Notes under the pieces: model-generated
Databases searched by the model: none
What the model was told of the DNA's origin: nothing
What the model saw: the letters and a program-made list of their open reading frames with translations, nothing else
Source of the DNA: Candidatus Cloacimonadales bacterium
Lineage (GTDB): Bacteria; Cloacimonadota; Cloacimonadia; Cloacimonadales; JAIOQZ01
Assembly (NCBI GenBank): GCA_963662655.2
Contig: CAXXTU010000002.1
Location: 224,001-288,000, forward strand
Length of the DNA stretch: 64,000 bases
Direction: 5' to 3'
Translations under genes and position numbers: made by a program
In this document: positions 61,460 through 64,000 of the stretch, one piece after another
Layout: every line of letters begins with the position of its first letter
How positions within the stretch are numbered: the stretch's first letter is position 1

Positions 61460-62560
61460 TTAGCCGTAAATAATGTCCCGTAGTAAATGTTCTTCGTTCT
61501 CCGTGATCAGTTTGACTCGTTTGTTTGTCAGGATGATCTCTTCACCGAAGGAAGAGAACATCTTGATCCCCACGTTGCCCTGCATTACCTGATCGTACAG
61601 GTAATAGCCGGTTGTCTCCGTGATTTGTTCATTCAGGCCGATGCAAAGACGATATTTTCCGCTGCGATTCATGATCGCATTGCGGAACTTGTTCCCGCCC
61701 TTGATGCCTGCGTCGAACTCGACGTAATACACTTTTCCTTCTGCGAAGTGGATACGGATATTGCGGAACATGTATTTTCCGTAGTATCCGCATTCCGCGA
61801 CAAAGACACCCGTAAGCCGGTCTGTTTCAAGCTCGAACTCGAGTTTCCCGCCCGGGAGAATCAGATTCTTCTCCTTGAATGGGTGAGAGGGCATGTTCTC
61901 AGCGAAGGTCCTGTCGAGCTTGATCTCGAGTGAAGCGACCTCCGCTTCGCTCTCTTCCGATGAGCCCAGCTTGAAGGTGTTCAGGCGCGTCAATTCGCTA
62001 CGAAGCTCTTCCGAGATGTGGATGATGCGATTGTAGTCGCAGTCGAGACCTTTGAAATACATGGCGAGGAGCTTCTCATATTCCAGTTCGAAGAATTCCG
62101 CCAAAGAGTGGGTGGGGAATCCGAGGAACAGGATGCGTTTCCCCTGCCGGTTCACGACATTCCAGATTTCCTGCGTGGAATTCTTGATCTTTCCGAAGAG
62201 CTTGTCCTCGATTCCTTCGTATAGCTGCGGCATGTTTCGCCAGCCGATATCGATGAAGAAGTCGATGCGCTCTGCCCATTTCGTGTAATAGGAGAGGGGG
62301 AGTTCGTAGATGTCTTCCGGCATTTCCGATAAAAATCTGCGCTTGAGATTGTCGGTGGAGAGGTCGATGACCGGGAAGGCTTTTTTCTTTCGGATCGCCA
62401 GTGCGAGCTCTTCAATCAGGGGGATTTCCGCAAGAATATCTTCCAACGCTTCGTCCTTGGGCGAGTTGTGGATGTCGCCGCTGACAGAAACGACGTCGTC
62501 CTTCTTGATTCCCAGAACGATGTTGGCGATTTTGAACGCGATGACAGGGTAGTTGACCAT
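61460..62560 (-). CDS. Degenerate M29 aminopeptidase-like protein
   Basis: Start moved to MVNYP (SD, avoids overlap with murI); M29-like layout recognised by eye, metal ligands not evident. Confidence 0.55.
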   Translation of the reverse strand: MVNYPVIAFKIANIVLGIKKDDVVSVSGDIHNSPKDEALEDILAEIPLIEELALAIRKKKAFPVIDLSTDNLKRRFLSEMPEDIYELPLSYYTKWAERIDFFIDIGWRNMPQLYEGIEDKLFGKIKNSTQEIWNVVNRQGKRILFLGFPTHSLAEFFELEYEKLLAMYFKGLDCDYNRIIHISEELRSELTRLNTFKLGSSEESEAEVASLEIKLDRTFAENMPSHPFKEKNLILPGGKLEFELETDRLTGVFVAECGYYGKYMFRNIRIHFAEGKVYYVEFDAGIKGGNKFRNAIMNRSGKYRLCIGLNEQITETTGYYLYDQVMQGNVGIKMFSSFGEEIILTNKRVKLITENEEHLLRDIIYG

Positions 62561-62573
62561 TGCAACCTGCCCC

Positions 62574-63416
62574 TTACTGACAAGATGATTCCAGATTTTC
62601 CAGGAACCAGGTTTCTCCAAGTCGGACTTTTTGTAGTGGTTTGACATGATTCTGTAGTATCTTCCTTGCGATTTGTTCAAATTTCTGTTCGTTGTCACTT
62701 ACAAAAAAGCGGTCAGTCCCTTCGCCCGAGTCCGCGGGATCGGGGAGTATCTCCTTCAAATGAAACGCGATGGCTTCCGCGCTGTCGATCAAAGTAACGT
62801 CGTCTCCCGCGACCTGCCTGATGGTGTCCTTGAGGATCGGGTAATGTGTGCAGCCGAGGACGAGCGTATCGATATTCATGTGCAGGAGGTCTCTCAGGTA
62901 TTCCTCTGCGACCATCCTCGTGACGGTGTGGTCTTCCCAGCCTTCTTCAGCAAACGGCACGAACAGCGGACATGCAGTACCGAGAACCTCTTGATTCCCA
63001 TCGAGATCGTTGATCGCGTGCTTGTAGGCTTCGCTGCGGATGGTTCCTTCCGTTCCGATCACTCCGATCCGGCGATTCTTCGTCGCTTCGATCGCCATGC
63101 GCGCGCCGGGTTCGATCACCCCGATGACGGGGACATCGAAACGGGCCTGAAGCGCAGGCAGGGCAACGGACGCCGCCGTGTTGCAGGCGACCACGATGAT
63201 CTTGGCGTTGAGTTGCAGCAGGAAACGGGCGTTCTGGATGGAATAGTTGATGACGGTCTCACGAGATTTGGGGCCGTACGGTACGCGAGCGGTATCGCCG
63301 AAATAGACGATATCCTCGTGGGGGAAGAGACGACGAATTTCCCGGAAGACGGTGAGTCCTCCGACTCCTGAATCGAAAATGCCTATCGGTTGTTTTAAGC
63401 TCAACCTCGTTTTCAT
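62574..63416 (-). CDS. murI: Glutamate racemase
   Basis: FDSGVGGLTV, PYGPKS, VACNTA, LGCTHYP. Confidence 0.97.
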   Translation of the reverse strand: MKTRLSLKQPIGIFDSGVGGLTVFREIRRLFPHEDIVYFGDTARVPYGPKSRETVINYSIQNARFLLQLNAKIIVVACNTAASVALPALQARFDVPVIGVIEPGARMAIEATKNRRIGVIGTEGTIRSEAYKHAINDLDGNQEVLGTACPLFVPFAEEGWEDHTVTRMVAEEYLRDLLHMNIDTLVLGCTHYPILKDTIRQVAGDDVTLIDSAEAIAFHLKEILPDPADSGEGTDRFFVSDNEQKFEQIARKILQNHVKPLQKVRLGETWFLENLESSCQ

Positions 63417-64000
63417 CAGTAATCCAGAATGGATTGCAGGGTTTTCGCGTCGAATTTCCGGCTGATAACGGTAATCAGCCTGATGAGGTTCTCGTAGTCG
63501 TCCATGGATATCGAGCCGATATGGCTGTGCGCGTATCGAACCGGGACTCCCAGGACGATGGACGGGATACCTTCGTGGGCAAGGTGAATCCTCGCGCCGT
63601 CGGTTCCGCCGCCTTTTCGGACAGCCATCTGGATCGGGATGTCGTTTTCTTTAGCCGTATCAATAACAAACTGGCACAATCCCTGATGGACGAGCATGCT
63701 CGGATCGTACAGGCGGACGTGAACGCCCTTTCCAACGCAAGTTTGCGGAGTCGATTTGGCGTACTGGCCGATGGTGTCGTCCGCAGGAGGACCTTCCAGG
63801 ATAAACGCGATATCCGGCTTGACGATGCTGGTGATGACCTGCGCACCGCGCACGCCGACCTCTTCCTGCACGCTTCCAGCGCAGTAGATCGTGTTCGGAT
63901 GATCCATTTTCTCTATGGCTTTACCCAGCTCGATCGCGGCGCCGATTCCGACGCGGTTGTCGAACGCCTTGTGGAACAATCGATTGGTTTCTTTGGTGTA
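63416..64000 (-). CDS. M42 family metallo-aminopeptidase, 3' part (start outside the window)
   Basis: KAFDNRVG, VQEEVGVRGA, GGTDG, PVRYAHS. Confidence 0.92.
   Translation of the reverse strand, partial: YTKETNRLFHKAFDNRVGIGAAIELGKAIEKMDHPNTIYCAGSVQEEVGVRGAQVITSIVKPDIAFILEGPPADDTIGQYAKSTPQTCVGKGVHVRLYDPSMLVHQGLCQFVIDTAKENDIPIQMAVRKGGGTDGARIHLAHEGIPSIVLGVPVRYAHSHIGSISMDDYENLIRLITVISRKFDAKTLQSILDY

Noticed and set aside
62561..62698. Longer N-terminus for the 61460 ORF as given in the ORF track
   Set aside because: It would overlap murI by 125 nt; ATG 62560 has an SD and lies just after the murI stop.

Overview
Bacterial chromosomal window of mostly housekeeping genes, with no integrase, transposase, phage or CRISPR array seen. 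Four secreted proteins with a PNPFNPET-type C-terminal (T9SS type A/FlgD-Ig) domain suggest a Cloacimonadota/FCB-related anaerobe (inference). Gene content: two-component genes, pmm-rdgB block, rpsO-pnp-ahcY-sugar dehydrogenase-hflKC-ugd-tadA-tRNA-Ser operon, sigma54-preceded flgFGAH, secreted C25/C10/C1 cysteine peptidases, a tandem lipoprotein array with a pseudogene, secG-tRNA-Leu, dapD, a Wsp-like MCP/CheB pair, a purine-degradation (xdh/allantoinase-like) block, mscS, pyrG and murI. Most interesting: (1) a three-copy, covarying, long-hairpin intergenic element that folds best on the minus strand; (2) a tRNA-Leu with the rare anticodon AAG in the leuU position, together with a tadA whose conserved N-terminus is reachable only by a +1 shift at TTT-TCC; (3) a two-gene cassette bounded by a 256-bp near-identical secretion-signal repeat, with a poly-G tract in its promoter spacer; (4) a one-gene islet bounded by duplicated terminators at the tRNA-Leu 3' end.
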